A stretch of 63,513 nt of DNA, counting the filler, from a bacterium (GTDB lineage: Bacteria; JBBIVP01), in NCBI GenBank assembly GCA_037439705.1. It is 3 parts of 3 records of this genome, joined end to end, with 100 filler letters (N's around TTAATTAATTAA, not from the genome) between each part and the next. Parts side by side here need not be neighbours in the genome. Positions count along the whole stretch, not along the records: positions 1 to 23,430 come from JBBIVP010000009.1; 2 more parts are not named here. One strand, written 5' to 3'. The notes below the pieces were generated by a model, which saw nothing but the letters and a program-made list of their open reading frames with translations, was not told the origin of the DNA and made no database searches. The position numbers were made by a program, and so were the translations under genes. Shown here in pieces: positions 1-10,125 of this stretch (the first letter of the stretch is position 1; every line of letters begins with the position of its first letter).

Positions 1-1081
1 GAACTTCCTGAAGGATAACTATCCTTCTCGTTTTCTCTTCAGGTGGGACATCGTCAGTAAGTTTTTCTGCAGATGTGCCAGGTCTTGGGGAGTATTTGAA
101 AGAGAAGAAGTTGTCAAACCGAACCTCTTCTACCAGTGATAAGGTATCTTTAAAGTCTTTTTCCGTTTCAGACGGAAATCCAACTATGAAATCGCTTGTA
201 ATAGCAATATCAGGTCTTACACTTCTCAACTTCTTTACGAGCATTAAATAATCCTCCCTCGTGTACTTTCTGTTCATTCTCTTAAGGATTCTGTTTGAAC
301 CGGATTGTGCAGGAAGATGAATTTGCTCGCAGAGTTTTTCAACTTCTCCAAAACACTTTATTATATCATCTGTAAGGTCTTTCGGGTTGGATGTCAAAAA
401 CCTTATCCTCTTTATTCCATCTATGAGGGAAATTTTTTTGATTAAATCAGCAAGGGATATCCCGAATTCCTTTCCGTAGGAATTCACATTCTGTCCGAGA
501 AGTATGACTTCTTTGATTCCATTTTCTGCATGTGCTTCACATTCCTTTAAAATATCTTCCATACTTCTTGAAATCTCCCTTCCCCTTACAAAAGGAACTA
601 TGCAGTAGGAGCAGAAGTTGTCGCAACCTTCCATTATTGTTACATAAGCCTTTACTTTTCCCATATATGTGCTTTCAAAATTCCGCTTTCCATCTCCTTT
701 CCTTTCGGTGAGAATTATCTTCCTTTCTCCCCCTTCTATTCTTTCTAATAATTTTTGGAAAGAAGAAAGGGCAGGCGGTCCCATTACAAAGTCCAGAAAC
801 GGGACCCCTTCAAATAAATTTTCCTTTCTCTCCTGTGCCACACATCCTGTAATACCAATTAAAGCCCCCCTTTTTTTGAATCTTTTCAACCTTCCAAGAA
901 GACTTAATGCCTTGTGCTCGGATTTTGACCTCACACTGCAGGTATTTACGATTATTATGTCAGCAGAAGATGGTTCATCAACCTCCTCATACCCCATTGA
1001 GAGCATAACCCCCCTCATCCTTTCGCTGTCGTCCTCATTCATCTGACATCCGAAAGTCTTTATGTAAAACCTTTTTCCCAT
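1..1081 (-). CDS. miaB: tRNA-2-methylthio-N6-isopentenyladenosine synthase MiaB (3' end runs off the window)
   Basis: Absent from the ORF track. Manual minus-strand translation from ATG 1081 gives MGKRFYIKTFGCQMNEDDSERM (methylthiotransferase N-terminus) and the radical SAM motif GCDNFCSYC near 600-630. Confidence 0.93.
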   Translation of the reverse strand, partial: MGKRFYIKTFGCQMNEDDSERMRGVMLSMGYEEVDEPSSADIIIVNTCSVRSKSEHKALSLLGRLKRFKKRGALIGITGCVAQERKENLFEGVPFLDFVMGPPALSSFQKLLERIEGGERKIILTERKGDGKRNFESTYMGKVKAYVTIMEGCDNFCSYCIVPFVRGREISRSMEDILKECEAHAENGIKEVILLGQNVNSYGKEFGISLADLIKKISLIDGIKRIRFLTSNPKDLTDDIIKCFGEVEKLCEQIHLPAQSGSNRILKRMNRKYTREDYLMLVKKLRSVRPDIAITSDFIVGFPSETEKDFKDTLSLVEEVRFDNFFSFKYSPRPGTSAEKLTDDVPPEEKTRRIVILQEV

Positions 1082-1177
1082 GCATATTATTTTCCTTTTT
1101 GTGATGAATTATTTCAAGTGGAAGTATTTAGAAGGTGAGAACGTTCACTCCTGTATCAGCACGAATAGGGTCGGGAT

Positions 1178-1206
1178 TTGCTTTTTTTCTGTTTATTTAT
1201 TATCTT
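1178..1206 (+). promoter_or_regulatory. Putative sigma70 promoter for xerC
   Basis: TTGCTT-17 nt-TATCTT, ending 8 nt before ATG 1215; no SD. Confidence 0.5.
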
Positions 1207-1214
1207 TTATATAA

Positions 1215-2090
1215 ATGGTAAAAAAGGATTTTTTAAAAAGTTTTTGTGAATTTCTTAAAAAGGAGAAAGGAGCTTCCTTACACACGATAAGGGCTTACAG
1301 AAAAGATGTAGAGGGGTTTCTTGATTTTCTCAAAAAAAATTATTCAATTTCCGTGGAGAATACAAAGCCCCTTCATATAAGGGCATTCCTTGTTTCTTTA
1401 AAAAATCTCAAGAAAAGTTCATCGTTCAGGAAAATTTCAGCCATAAGAACCTTTTTTAATTATCTTATATATGAGGGGAAAACAGAGGTAAATCCTGCAT
1501 CCCTGATAGAAATGAGGGGCAGGGAGAGGAAACTTCCTTCATTCCTTAGCGTGGAAGAGGTTTTTTCCATTCTTGATTCAGAAGTGGTAATGGAATCAAA
1601 AAGGGATAGGGCTATTCTGGAATTTCTTTATGACACAGGGCTTAGAATTTCAGAACTTCTTTCTTTGAGGTTGAAAGACATTGACCTTAAAGAAAGGGTT
1701 GTTCTTGTTAAAGGAAAAAGGGGGAAGGAAAGGATTGTTCCCGTTGGAAAAAAGGCTGTAAGGGCTGTTGAGGAATATCTGTGCGAAAGAAATGAAACAA
1801 ATCCCGAATCCTTTCTTTTTTGGGGAAGAAATAATAAGCCATTATCAGACAGAACCGTGAGGAGGCTCGTTAAGAAATACAGCATTTTATGCGGGATTCC
1901 AAAAAGAGTTACACCCCATACCATGAGGCATACCTACGCAACACATCTTCTTGAAAGCGGTGCAGATATAATAACCATTCAGGAACTTCTCGGGCATTCA
2001 ACCATAGCGAGCACCCAGCAATATCTTCATTCGTCTGTTGGAAGGCTCATGGAGGTTTATGATAGGACGCATCCAAGGGCCAAAAAATGA
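1215..2090 (+). CDS. xerC: Tyrosine recombinase XerC
   Basis: SAM-like N-terminal domain; catalytic motifs TGLRISE, HTMRH, LLGH, TQQY; conserved position upstream of hslVU. Confidence 0.85.
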   Translation: MVKKDFLKSFCEFLKKEKGASLHTIRAYRKDVEGFLDFLKKNYSISVENTKPLHIRAFLVSLKNLKKSSSFRKISAIRTFFNYLIYEGKTEVNPASLIEMRGRERKLPSFLSVEEVFSILDSEVVMESKRDRAILEFLYDTGLRISELLSLRLKDIDLKERVVLVKGKRGKERIVPVGKKAVRAVEEYLCERNETNPESFLFWGRNNKPLSDRTVRRLVKKYSILCGIPKRVTPHTMRHTYATHLLESGADIITIQELLGHSTIASTQQYLHSSVGRLMEVYDRTHPRAKK

Positions 2091-2623
2091 AGGAGATTTT
2101 GAGAGGAACAACTGTTCTCTGTATAAGAAAGGGAGAAAAGGTTGTTATGAGCGCAGATGGGCAGGTGACATTGGGGAGCCTTGTGATGAAAAAAAATGCG
2201 AGGAAAATAAGACCTCTTCTTGAAGGAAGGGTGCTTGCGGGATTTGCAGGTGCCACTGCTGATGCCTTTGCTCTTTTTGAAAGGTTTGAGAAGAAACTGA
2301 ACGAATATGCGGGAAACCTTTTAAGGGCTTCGGTGGAACTGGCAAAGGAGTGGAGGACGGATAAATATCTTCAGAGACTTGAAGCAATGCTCCTTGTTGC
2401 TGATAAAATGAAAACACTTGTTATATCTGGAACGGGTGATGTAATAGAACCCGAGGATGAGGTCATAGCCATTGGTTCGGGAGGTGCATACGCTCAGGCT
2501 GCTGCAAAGGCTCTTCTACTTCACACCAATATGCCCATAAAAGAGATTGCACTTGAGGCTATGAAGATAGCTGCTTCTTTATGCATATATACCAATGAGC
2601 ATATAATTCTGGAGGAATTATGA
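2087..2623 (+). CDS. hslV: ATP-dependent protease subunit HslV
   Basis: GTTV N-terminal Thr, [15 protein letters not shown] and AIGSGG motifs. Confidence 0.97.
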   Translation: MKEILRGTTVLCIRKGEKVVMSADGQVTLGSLVMKKNARKIRPLLEGRVLAGFAGATADAFALFERFEKKLNEYAGNLLRASVELAKEWRTDKYLQRLEAMLLVADKMKTLVISGTGDVIEPEDEVIAIGSGGAYAQAAAKALLLHTNMPIKEIALEAMKIAASLCIYTNEHIILEEL

Positions 2624-3978
2624 TGGAGATAGTAGAAGTTGACAGGATGGAATTTTTGACTCCAAATCAGATAGTGAGGGAACTTGACAAATACATTGTT
2701 GGGCAGAAGGAAGCAAAGAGGGCGGTTGCTATTGCACTTAGAAACAGGTGGAGGAGGATGAGAGTTAACGGTAAGATGAAAGAAGAAATATCTCCGAAGA
2801 ACATTATTATGATAGGTCCTACAGGAGTTGGAAAAACAGAAATAGCGAGGAGACTTGCCCGTCTTGTTGATGCTCCGTTCATAAAAGTGGAGGCAACAAG
2901 GTACACCGAGGTTGGATATGTGGGGAGGGATGTGGAATCCATAATAAGAGATCTGGTGAACATATCTGTTAACGAGGAAAAGGCACGGGAGAAAAAGAAG
3001 GTTTTTGAGAAAGCGAAGCAGAACGCTGAAGAGAGGCTACTTCATATTCTTTATCAGACATTTTCAAAAAAATATAAGAGCCAATCTGAGGAAGAACAGA
3101 TTACAAAGGGAAAATTAAGAAGTCTTCTCAGGGATAAGATGTTGGAGGAGGAGTACATAGAACTTGATGCAAAAGACCAGTTCATGCCTGTGGTTGAGAT
3201 TGTGGGAGGAATTGGTGGATTTGAAGAAATAGAAACACATCTGAGAGAAATGCTTGGAGGTATGTTTCCTGGTAGAGAAAGGAAAAGAAGGATGCAAGTC
3301 AAAGATGCACGGGAGTTCCTCGTTGAGGAGGAAGCGGAAAAACTTATAGATAATTCAAAGGTTATAAAGAATGCTATAAAAAGGGTTGAAGAACTTGGGA
3401 TAGTTTTTATAGATGAGATAGACAAAATTGCTGGAAGAGAAAAGGGATATGGTCCTGATGTTTCAAGGGAGGGTGTTCAGAGGGATTTGATTCCCATTGT
3501 GGAAGGTACAACTGTAAATACCAGATATGGACCGGTAAAAACAGAACACATACTTTTTATAGCAGCAGGTGCATTTCATGTCTCAAAACCATCTGACCTC
3601 ATTCCAGAGATTCAGGGCAGATTTCCAATAAGGGTGGAACTTACTCCTCTCGGCAAGGATGATTTTGTGAGAATTCTGACAGAGCCTGAGAGTGCGCTTA
3701 CGAAACAATACGAGGAGCTTCTCAGAACCGAAGGTATTGAACTGGTTTTTGATAATCAGGCAATTGAAGAAATTGCAAGTATTGCAGCAGAGATAAACAG
3801 CAGAAGCGAAGACATAGGGGCAAGAAGGCTTCATACGGTTATGGAAAAACTCCTTGAAGACATCCTTTTTGAATCTCCCGATATAGGAACCAGAAAAATT
3901 GTTATAACAAAGGATTATGTGATTCAAAAATTAAGAAGCCTCCTGAAAGACGAGGACATAACGAGATACATTCTCTGA
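2620..3978 (+). CDS. hslU: ATP-dependent protease ATPase subunit HslU
   Basis: [40 protein letters not shown]. Confidence 0.98.
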   Translation: MMEIVEVDRMEFLTPNQIVRELDKYIVGQKEAKRAVAIALRNRWRRMRVNGKMKEEISPKNIIMIGPTGVGKTEIARRLARLVDAPFIKVEATRYTEVGYVGRDVESIIRDLVNISVNEEKAREKKKVFEKAKQNAEERLLHILYQTFSKKYKSQSEEEQITKGKLRSLLRDKMLEEEYIELDAKDQFMPVVEIVGGIGGFEEIETHLREMLGGMFPGRERKRRMQVKDAREFLVEEEAEKLIDNSKVIKNAIKRVEELGIVFIDEIDKIAGREKGYGPDVSREGVQRDLIPIVEGTTVNTRYGPVKTEHILFIAAGAFHVSKPSDLIPEIQGRFPIRVELTPLGKDDFVRILTEPESALTKQYEELLRTEGIELVFDNQAIEEIASIAAEINSRSEDIGARRLHTVMEKLLEDILFESPDIGTRKIVITKDYVIQKLRSLLKDEDITRYIL

Positions 3979-5423
3979 TGGAAAGAATTCTTGTAGTAGA
4001 TGATGACATAGAAGTAGCAAAGGATATAAAGGAGGTGCTTTCGCAATCCTATGAGGTTGACTTTACAGTCGACGGCAAAGAAGCCCTGAAGATGTTTTCT
4101 GAAAGAGATTATGCACTTGTTCTTGTAGACATAATTATGCCGGGTATGCACGGAATTGATGTTTTGAAGGAAATAAAGGCAAAGAAAAAAGAAACGAAGG
4201 TTATAATGATGGCAACTCCTCTTGAAAAAATTCTTGTTGAAAAGGCTCTTCAGATGGGAGCGGATGATTTTATAAAAAAACCAATAAATGTAGAAGAGCT
4301 TTTTAAAAAAATCAGCGTTTCCGTTGAGGAAAAACAAGTAGTTTCTCTTCCCCAAAAACCTGACCTTTTTGAGGTTCTTTCAGGCCTGCAAAAGGAATTT
4401 CTTGAAGGAAAGATGAAAACAGAAAGCGATGTTCTCCATTCCATACTTGCTTCTTTGAGCAAATTATTAATGGCAGAAAGGGTTTCGGTCACCATAATAG
4501 ATAAGGAGTCAGGAACCCTCAGGCCATTTCAGGGTATAGGCGTGGAATTTAAAGATGAAGGAGGACCATTCCTGAAGGTTGGAGAAGGAATTGCGGGGAA
4601 GGTGGCTTTGACAGGAGAGCCAATCCTTGTGAAAAATCTTGAAAAAGAAGGGCTTCCGCCGTCAAGGTATGGCTACAAATACAAAACCCAATCTTTTATA
4701 TGTGCTCCAATAAAGGTGAGGGGAGAAGTTATAGGGGTTATAAGCGTTAACGACAAATTGAGCAGGGAAAGTTTTACAGAAGATGACCTTTCTCTTCTCC
4801 TCACATTTTCCTCACAGGTTGCCTCAATTATTGACAGTGTCCTTTCAAGGATTGAAATGGAAGAACTGGAATTGAAAAAAAAGATATCCGAAAGTATGCT
4901 CTCACTACTTCTTTCTGGGCTGGAGCCATCTTTCATATACAATGGAATTTTTGAACTGGTGAAAGAATTTTTGGAGGCAGAAATAATGTGGATTGTGGTT
5001 GAGGAACCTGGAACCGGAGATTTTCACCTTGAATATGCAGGAGGTGTGGAATTTAAGAAAACTCCTCTCAAGGGGATTTATAAAGGATTAACCGGGAAGG
5101 TGATATATAGCAAGCGCCCTGTAAAATCGTCTGATTTGAAAGAAAGCTTTTCCGAGAGTGAGATTTATTTCGCTCAAAAAATCAGGGATTGGATTGGTTC
5201 TCCAATTCTCCTGAGGGGGAGACACATAGGAGGTTTTTTTGTGGCTAACAAAATAAGTGGGGCATTTGCTCAAAAAGATGCAGAGAACCTTTCGTTTCTT
5301 GCAAAATTTTCCGCTCTTGCCCTAAAGGAGTTCTGGCTCCACGAAAACCTCGTAAAAGCCCTTGACCAGATAACAGAAAAGGAACTGGAGCTTGAAGAAA
5401 TAAAAAAAGGATCCAGAGTTTAG
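3978..5423 (+). CDS. Response-regulator receiver domain plus two GAF domains, no recognisable output domain
   Basis: ILVVDDD...LVDIIMP...KKP receiver; two GAF-like segments ending VNDK..ESFTEDD and ANK..GAFAQKD. Confidence 0.8.
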   Translation: MERILVVDDDIEVAKDIKEVLSQSYEVDFTVDGKEALKMFSERDYALVLVDIIMPGMHGIDVLKEIKAKKKETKVIMMATPLEKILVEKALQMGADDFIKKPINVEELFKKISVSVEEKQVVSLPQKPDLFEVLSGLQKEFLEGKMKTESDVLHSILASLSKLLMAERVSVTIIDKESGTLRPFQGIGVEFKDEGGPFLKVGEGIAGKVALTGEPILVKNLEKEGLPPSRYGYKYKTQSFICAPIKVRGEVIGVISVNDKLSRESFTEDDLSLLLTFSSQVASIIDSVLSRIEMEELELKKKISESMLSLLLSGLEPSFIYNGIFELVKEFLEAEIMWIVVEEPGTGDFHLEYAGGVEFKKTPLKGIYKGLTGKVIYSKRPVKSSDLKESFSESEIYFAQKIRDWIGSPILLRGRHIGGFFVANKISGAFAQKDAENLSFLAKFSALALKEFWLHENLVKALDQITEKELELEEIKKGSRV

Positions 5424-7084
5424 TAAGTATTTCTCAAATTATAAAATGTCACCTTCGTCTTTGGCTGAATGACATCCCCAAAAAATTTAATCTGTATCTC
5501 CTTCTTTTTACCCAGCATAAAGAGGGATGTGCCTAAGAGGTAATCTATTGGACCCATTTTTCCAAAATCCCTTTCAATCTCTTTCCTTAGAGTTCTGATT
5601 CTTTCAGCCATTTCTTTTTTTGGAACAAGCTTTTCTGCTGCCCACAGGATTGGTTTATAAATTCTCGTTCTCTTTTTTATTTTTTCAGCCCTTCTTTTGA
5701 GAACAGGACTTTTTGAATTCAAAAGGTTGGGATATGCTCTGTAATCCACTTCAATGGCTCTGACAAGGGTTGGACCGAGTTCATAATAATCTTTGAGATA
5801 TGCCTCCCTCTGCAGGATTTCAGATTCGTAAGGAGTAAAATGCGGATGTTTGAACCATATCTGTTTGAAGCCGTGCCTGTCTTCAAGAGAGATTGAGTGC
5901 AGAATCCTGTTTTCCTTCAACATCTTCTTCCATAGAGTTGTCCCCTGAGCAATGGATAGATGTGCGAACTGGCTGAAGGTTGGCTTCATTGAAAGATGCC
6001 AGTTTATGTCCTCCCACACATTTTCCTTGGTATGTTCGTCAAGGCAGAGAATGGAAGAAAGAACGGTCTTTATCCCGAAACTTTCAAGTTCTTTTACAAG
6101 AGCTGGAAGGTCAACATTTATGTTCTTTGGGTAAAGCCTGAATTTTGATTCAATTCCAAGCCATACTATTCCAAGTCCAAGTTCTGCAAGAAATTCAGGT
6201 TCATATTTTATGAGATTATTTGCCGAACTGAAAGAAAGCGAAATCTCGTAATCCTTTTCCTTTCCAACTATGAGTGAATGAAGTTCTTTTACCTTATCTT
6301 CGTCCTTGAAGAAGTTTTCATCCCCTACAAATGCAAATCTCTTTACTCCATATTTTCCCTCCTGTTCGTTCATTATTTCAAAAATTTCCCTTCCGGTGTT
6401 CAAAAAGGGAATGTATCCTCCTTCAAAAAATTGTCCTGTTGAACAGAAATCACATCTTTCATAACATCCCACCCCTGTTGCTATCATTGAAACGAGATGC
6501 CCTCTTTCCATTGATATTCCGAGTTTCCTCATCGTTTCTCCGATAAGATGTACAGGAATGCCCATTACTTCAAGGACTGACATAAATACTGGAGGATGCC
6601 TGAAGGAAAATTGAACGGGTTTTCCAAGAAGACTTCTCATAAACCTTATTCCCTCACCCCTGCACACATAGTCTACATCAACTATTCTTTCAATGTCATC
6701 AATCATCGTGCCAAAACCACCTATTATGATTTTTGATTTTGGAGAAACCTCTTTTATTATTTCTACCATCTTTTTCATCTTCAAAAAATTTGGCTGGATA
6801 AAGGTTATTCCGATGTATTCATAACATTTCTTTATTTCTTCTATGAATCTCTTTATGGTTGGCCAGTCCAAAACTGTAACAGGAGTATCAATGTTTGCTG
6901 CTATGACATGAAGGTTGAGGGAAGGGTACCTTTCCCTGAAACTGAATATTCCCTGATAACGGGTGAGTTGATTGTGAGAGAGTTCCGGTATGTTTTCCTT
7001 TCTTCCAAACTGGTCGTCCACACCGCACGGTTTAAATATAGATGTAAGAAGGACTTTTTTTTCCATCAGATTGAATAATAACAC
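5420..7084 (-). CDS. Cobalamin-binding radical SAM protein
   Basis: CYERCDFC (CxxxCxxC) after a B12-binding-like domain (KIIIGGFG...VCRGEG). The start may be ATG 7066. Confidence 0.8.
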   Translation of the reverse strand: MLLFNLMEKKVLLTSIFKPCGVDDQFGRKENIPELSHNQLTRYQGIFSFRERYPSLNLHVIAANIDTPVTVLDWPTIKRFIEEIKKCYEYIGITFIQPNFLKMKKMVEIIKEVSPKSKIIIGGFGTMIDDIERIVDVDYVCRGEGIRFMRSLLGKPVQFSFRHPPVFMSVLEVMGIPVHLIGETMRKLGISMERGHLVSMIATGVGCYERCDFCSTGQFFEGGYIPFLNTGREIFEIMNEQEGKYGVKRFAFVGDENFFKDEDKVKELHSLIVGKEKDYEISLSFSSANNLIKYEPEFLAELGLGIVWLGIESKFRLYPKNINVDLPALVKELESFGIKTVLSSILCLDEHTKENVWEDINWHLSMKPTFSQFAHLSIAQGTTLWKKMLKENRILHSISLEDRHGFKQIWFKHPHFTPYESEILQREAYLKDYYELGPTLVRAIEVDYRAYPNLLNSKSPVLKRRAEKIKKRTRIYKPILWAAEKLVPKKEMAERIRTLRKEIERDFGKMGPIDYLLGTSLFMLGKKKEIQIKFFGDVIQPKTKVTFYNLRNTY

Positions 7085-7146
7085 ACCTACCCCATTTTTC
7101 CAAAAGGTCTTGACTTTTTGAGAGCATTCGTGATTATAATAAACTT

Positions 7147-7761
7147 ATGAAGGTAATTTTGAGAGATTATCCGAAGGAATTTACGCTGAAGGACAAAAAA
7201 ACGAAAGTGGTTTTAAGACCCATGGAGGCTTCTGACAGAAATGCCCTTCTAAAATTCTTCCTGACTCTGAGCGAGAAAGACCTCCTTTATCTGAGGGATG
7301 ATGTGACAAAGGAAGAGACAATAGACAAGTGGATTAAGAACATAAATTATGAAAGGGTATTTCCCCTTCTTGCAATTCACGAAAAATCAATAGTTGCAGA
7401 CGGAACCCTCCACAGGAATGAGTTCAGCTGGACAAGGCATGTGGGAGAGATAAGAATAGTGGTTGCTGAAAAATTCAGAAGGAAAGGGCTCGGCTTTATT
7501 ATTCTGAAAGAGTTATTTTACATTGCTCTTCGCATGGGACTTCACAAGATAATTGCTGAGGTTGTAGAAGATGACCTTTCGGGAGTGAGGATGTTTGAAA
7601 AACTCGGGTTTCAGAAAGAGGCACTTCTGAAGAACCATGTAATGGACCACAGAGCAGTAAAACACAACCTTCTTATTATGAGCAACGATGTGGAGGCTCT
7701 TCTGAGGCACATGGCAGATCTGGAGAAAGAACTTTTTCCTTCAAGACCTATGGAAGGATAG
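7147..7761 (+). CDS. GNAT family N-acetyltransferase
   Basis: Acetyl-CoA motif VAEKFRRKGLG and MFEKLGF. Confidence 0.88.
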   Translation: MKVILRDYPKEFTLKDKKTKVVLRPMEASDRNALLKFFLTLSEKDLLYLRDDVTKEETIDKWIKNINYERVFPLLAIHEKSIVADGTLHRNEFSWTRHVGEIRIVVAEKFRRKGLGFIILKELFYIALRMGLHKIIAEVVEDDLSGVRMFEKLGFQKEALLKNHVMDHRAVKHNLLIMSNDVEALLRHMADLEKELFPSRPMEG

Positions 7762-7765
7762 TTAT

Positions 7766-7794
7766 TTGACATAAGTTATTTTATCTTATATCTT
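7766..7794 (+). promoter_or_regulatory. Sigma70 promoter for nfeD, probably leaderless
   Basis: TTGACA-17 nt-TATCTT, ending 6 nt before ATG 7801. Confidence 0.65.
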
Positions 7795-7800
7795 TAAAAT

Positions 7801-9069
7801 ATGAAGAAATTTTTGTCACTTTTACTGTTAATTGGTTGTTTAAAAGCGAATGCAGATGAAAAAAGGGTTTTTGTTGCGGAGATTGATGGACCTATTAATC
7901 CGGCTGTTCAGGAATACATAGGAAGTATTATAGCGCGGTCTGATAGAGAGAGACCTGAACTCATTTTGATTTTAATGGATACTCCGGGAGGTCTGGATGA
8001 GTCCATGAGGAAAATAATAAAAGATATTGAGAATTCAGAAGTTCCTGTTGCAGTTTTTGTTTATCCAACAGGAGCAAGAGCTGCTTCTGCTGGTGCAATT
8101 ATTACCCTTTCCGCTCATATTGCAATTATGGCGCCCGGAACAAACATTGGCGCAGCCCATCCAGTTGCGATGGGTGGTAAAGAAATGGACGAGGAGATGA
8201 AGAAAAAGGTGGTCAATGATGCAGTTGCATTTGCAAAAAGCCTTGCAAAAAAGCACGGAAGGTCAGAGGTGTGGGCTGAAAGGGTGGTGAAGGAAAGCAT
8301 TTCCTCTACCGCTGATGAGGCATTGAAAGAAGGCGTAATTGAATTCATAGCAAGAACTCCTGAAGAGTGTCTTGAAAAGCTTGATGGATACAAGGTAAAC
8401 ACTGTTTTCGGAGAGAAAGTTTTGAATACAAAGGGAGCAAAGCTTGTGAGGATAGAAATGGGGTGGAGGGAGAGGGTCCTTAACACATTTTCAAATCCGA
8501 ATATAGCCTACATCCTCCTTATGATAGGAATGTGGGGAATATTTTTTGAACTTTCCCACCCCGGAGTAATATTTCCTGGCGTTGTCGGAGCAATATGTCT
8601 TATACTCGGATTGTACTCCCTTCACACCCTTCCCGTAAACTTTGCGGGTGTTCTTCTTATTCTGCTCGGGCTCATTCTATTCTTTGCAGAGATAAAACTC
8701 ACAAGTTATGGTATGCTTGCGCTTGGAGGAATTATTTCAATTCTTCTCGGAACCATACTGCTTCTCAAATCCTCTCCTCCCTACTATCAGTTTTCATTAA
8801 AAGTTGTTCTGCCATTATTTGTATTTACCGTTATTTTTTTTGGAACCCTTGCCTACATAGCAATTACCGCTCAGTTTCAGAAACCTTTTGTTGGAATTGA
8901 AGCACTTATCGGTGAGGAAGGAGAGGCAGTTACGGATATTGACCCCGAAGGGAAGGTCTTCGTTCACGGAGAATACTGGAATGCTTTTTCGGAATATCCG
9001 ATAAAAAAGGGAGAAAAGGTAAAGGTGGTGGACATTAAGAGATTTAAGGTTATTGTGAAGCGGATATAA
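7801..9069 (+). CDS. nfeD: Long-form NfeD membrane-bound serine protease (ClpP class)
   Basis: DTPGG, AASAG, GAAHPV, KKVVND, transmembrane region, C-terminal OB fold (GKVFVHGEYWNA). Confidence 0.92.
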   Translation: MKKFLSLLLLIGCLKANADEKRVFVAEIDGPINPAVQEYIGSIIARSDRERPELILILMDTPGGLDESMRKIIKDIENSEVPVAVFVYPTGARAASAGAIITLSAHIAIMAPGTNIGAAHPVAMGGKEMDEEMKKKVVNDAVAFAKSLAKKHGRSEVWAERVVKESISSTADEALKEGVIEFIARTPEECLEKLDGYKVNTVFGEKVLNTKGAKLVRIEMGWRERVLNTFSNPNIAYILLMIGMWGIFFELSHPGVIFPGVVGAICLILGLYSLHTLPVNFAGVLLILLGLILFFAEIKLTSYGMLALGGIISILLGTILLLKSSPPYYQFSLKVVLPLFVFTVIFFGTLAYIAITAQFQKPFVGIEALIGEEGEAVTDIDPEGKVFVHGEYWNAFSEYPIKKGEKVKVVDIKRFKVIVKRI

Positions 9070-9252
9070 TAGATGCTGTCAAATGACTTAATGGGTTGTA
9101 CTGACATAGAGAATGTTACCACCCCGTAAGTGCCCCCTCATTTTTATTTTTTAGCGAATGGAATGTGGGGTAATAGAACCTTTTCATCCAATTATCCTTT
9201 TTAGCTCAAATTTCTTCCTTCTCCTGATATTTTGTGATGTTCTACAAAAAAT

Positions 9253-10125
9253 TTATCCCTCTAAAGCGGATTTTCCTGTTATAATGTCAAGAAGTTCCTT
9301 CGTTATACTAGCCTGTCTTGCCTTGTTAAACTGAAGGGTTAATTTTTTTATTAATTCAGACACATTCCTTGACGCATTCTCCATAGCAGTCATCCTCGCT
9401 GCCTGTTCGCTCGCAATACTTTCGTATGCATAAAGGACAAATCTCATTCTGTAAACCGTTTCCACAAGCTTGTCTATAACCTCTTTTCCTGGCTCAACGA
9501 TGAAAGGAAGCAATTCCCTTTTTCCCTCTACTTCAAGAGGTAACAGGCGCTTTATTGTTGGTACCTGTTTCAACGGGGAGAAAAATTTTGAAAATATCAC
9601 ATCAACCTCTCCAAAATCCCTGAGAAAATAATTTTTGATTTCATCGGCTATGAAATAAAGGTCATCGGGGAACAAAGATGCTGAAAGAATCTCCTTTCTG
9701 GAGGATATTATTTCAACCTTCAAACCCGTTGCTTTAAACCGTACACCGGTGAAGTAGTCAATTACCTTTTTCCCAAAAAGGTAGAGGTAAGGAAGATTAC
9801 CTCTTGAGATTTCATTTCTTATTTCGCTTTCGGCAAGACGGATTATATTGGCATTGAAACTTCCGCACAGACCTCTGTCCGAAGAGATGATAAAAATCAG
9901 CCTGTGTCCCTCTCTTTTTTCAAGAAGAGGATTTGTATAGTTTTCTTCTGATAGGGCAAGAGATGAAAAAAGGGTCTCCATATTCTTTGAAAAATTTAAA
10001 AAGTTAGTAAGCCGCTCCACCGCTCTCTTCATTTTAGCAGCAGAAATCATTTTCATTGAACGGGTTATCTTTTCAATTCCGAGAAGGGCTTTTTTCTTTC
10101 TTTTCAGTGCTCTTAAAGAAAGCAT
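9253..10125 (-). CDS. atpG: ATP synthase F1 gamma subunit
   Basis: KITRSMKMISAAK, SDRGLCGSFN, ARMTAM, ARQASITKEL. Confidence 0.97.
   Translation of the reverse strand: MLSLRALKRKKKALLGIEKITRSMKMISAAKMKRAVERLTNFLNFSKNMETLFSSLALSEENYTNPLLEKREGHRLIFIISSDRGLCGSFNANIIRLAESEIRNEISRGNLPYLYLFGKKVIDYFTGVRFKATGLKVEIISSRKEILSASLFPDDLYFIADEIKNYFLRDFGEVDVIFSKFFSPLKQVPTIKRLLPLEVEGKRELLPFIVEPGKEVIDKLVETVYRMRFVLYAYESIASEQAARMTAMENASRNVSELIKKLTLQFNKARQASITKELLDIITGKSALEG

Noticed and set aside
1215..2090. Tyrosine recombinase as a prophage or island integrase
   Set aside because: The xerC-hslV-hslU context is housekeeping; no att repeats, tRNA or cargo genes were seen.
9115..9174. Possible hairpin or MITE (TTACC...GGTAA) in the nfeD-atpG spacer
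   Set aside because: Only about 5 bp of clean pairing, no target duplication and no second copy noticed in the window.
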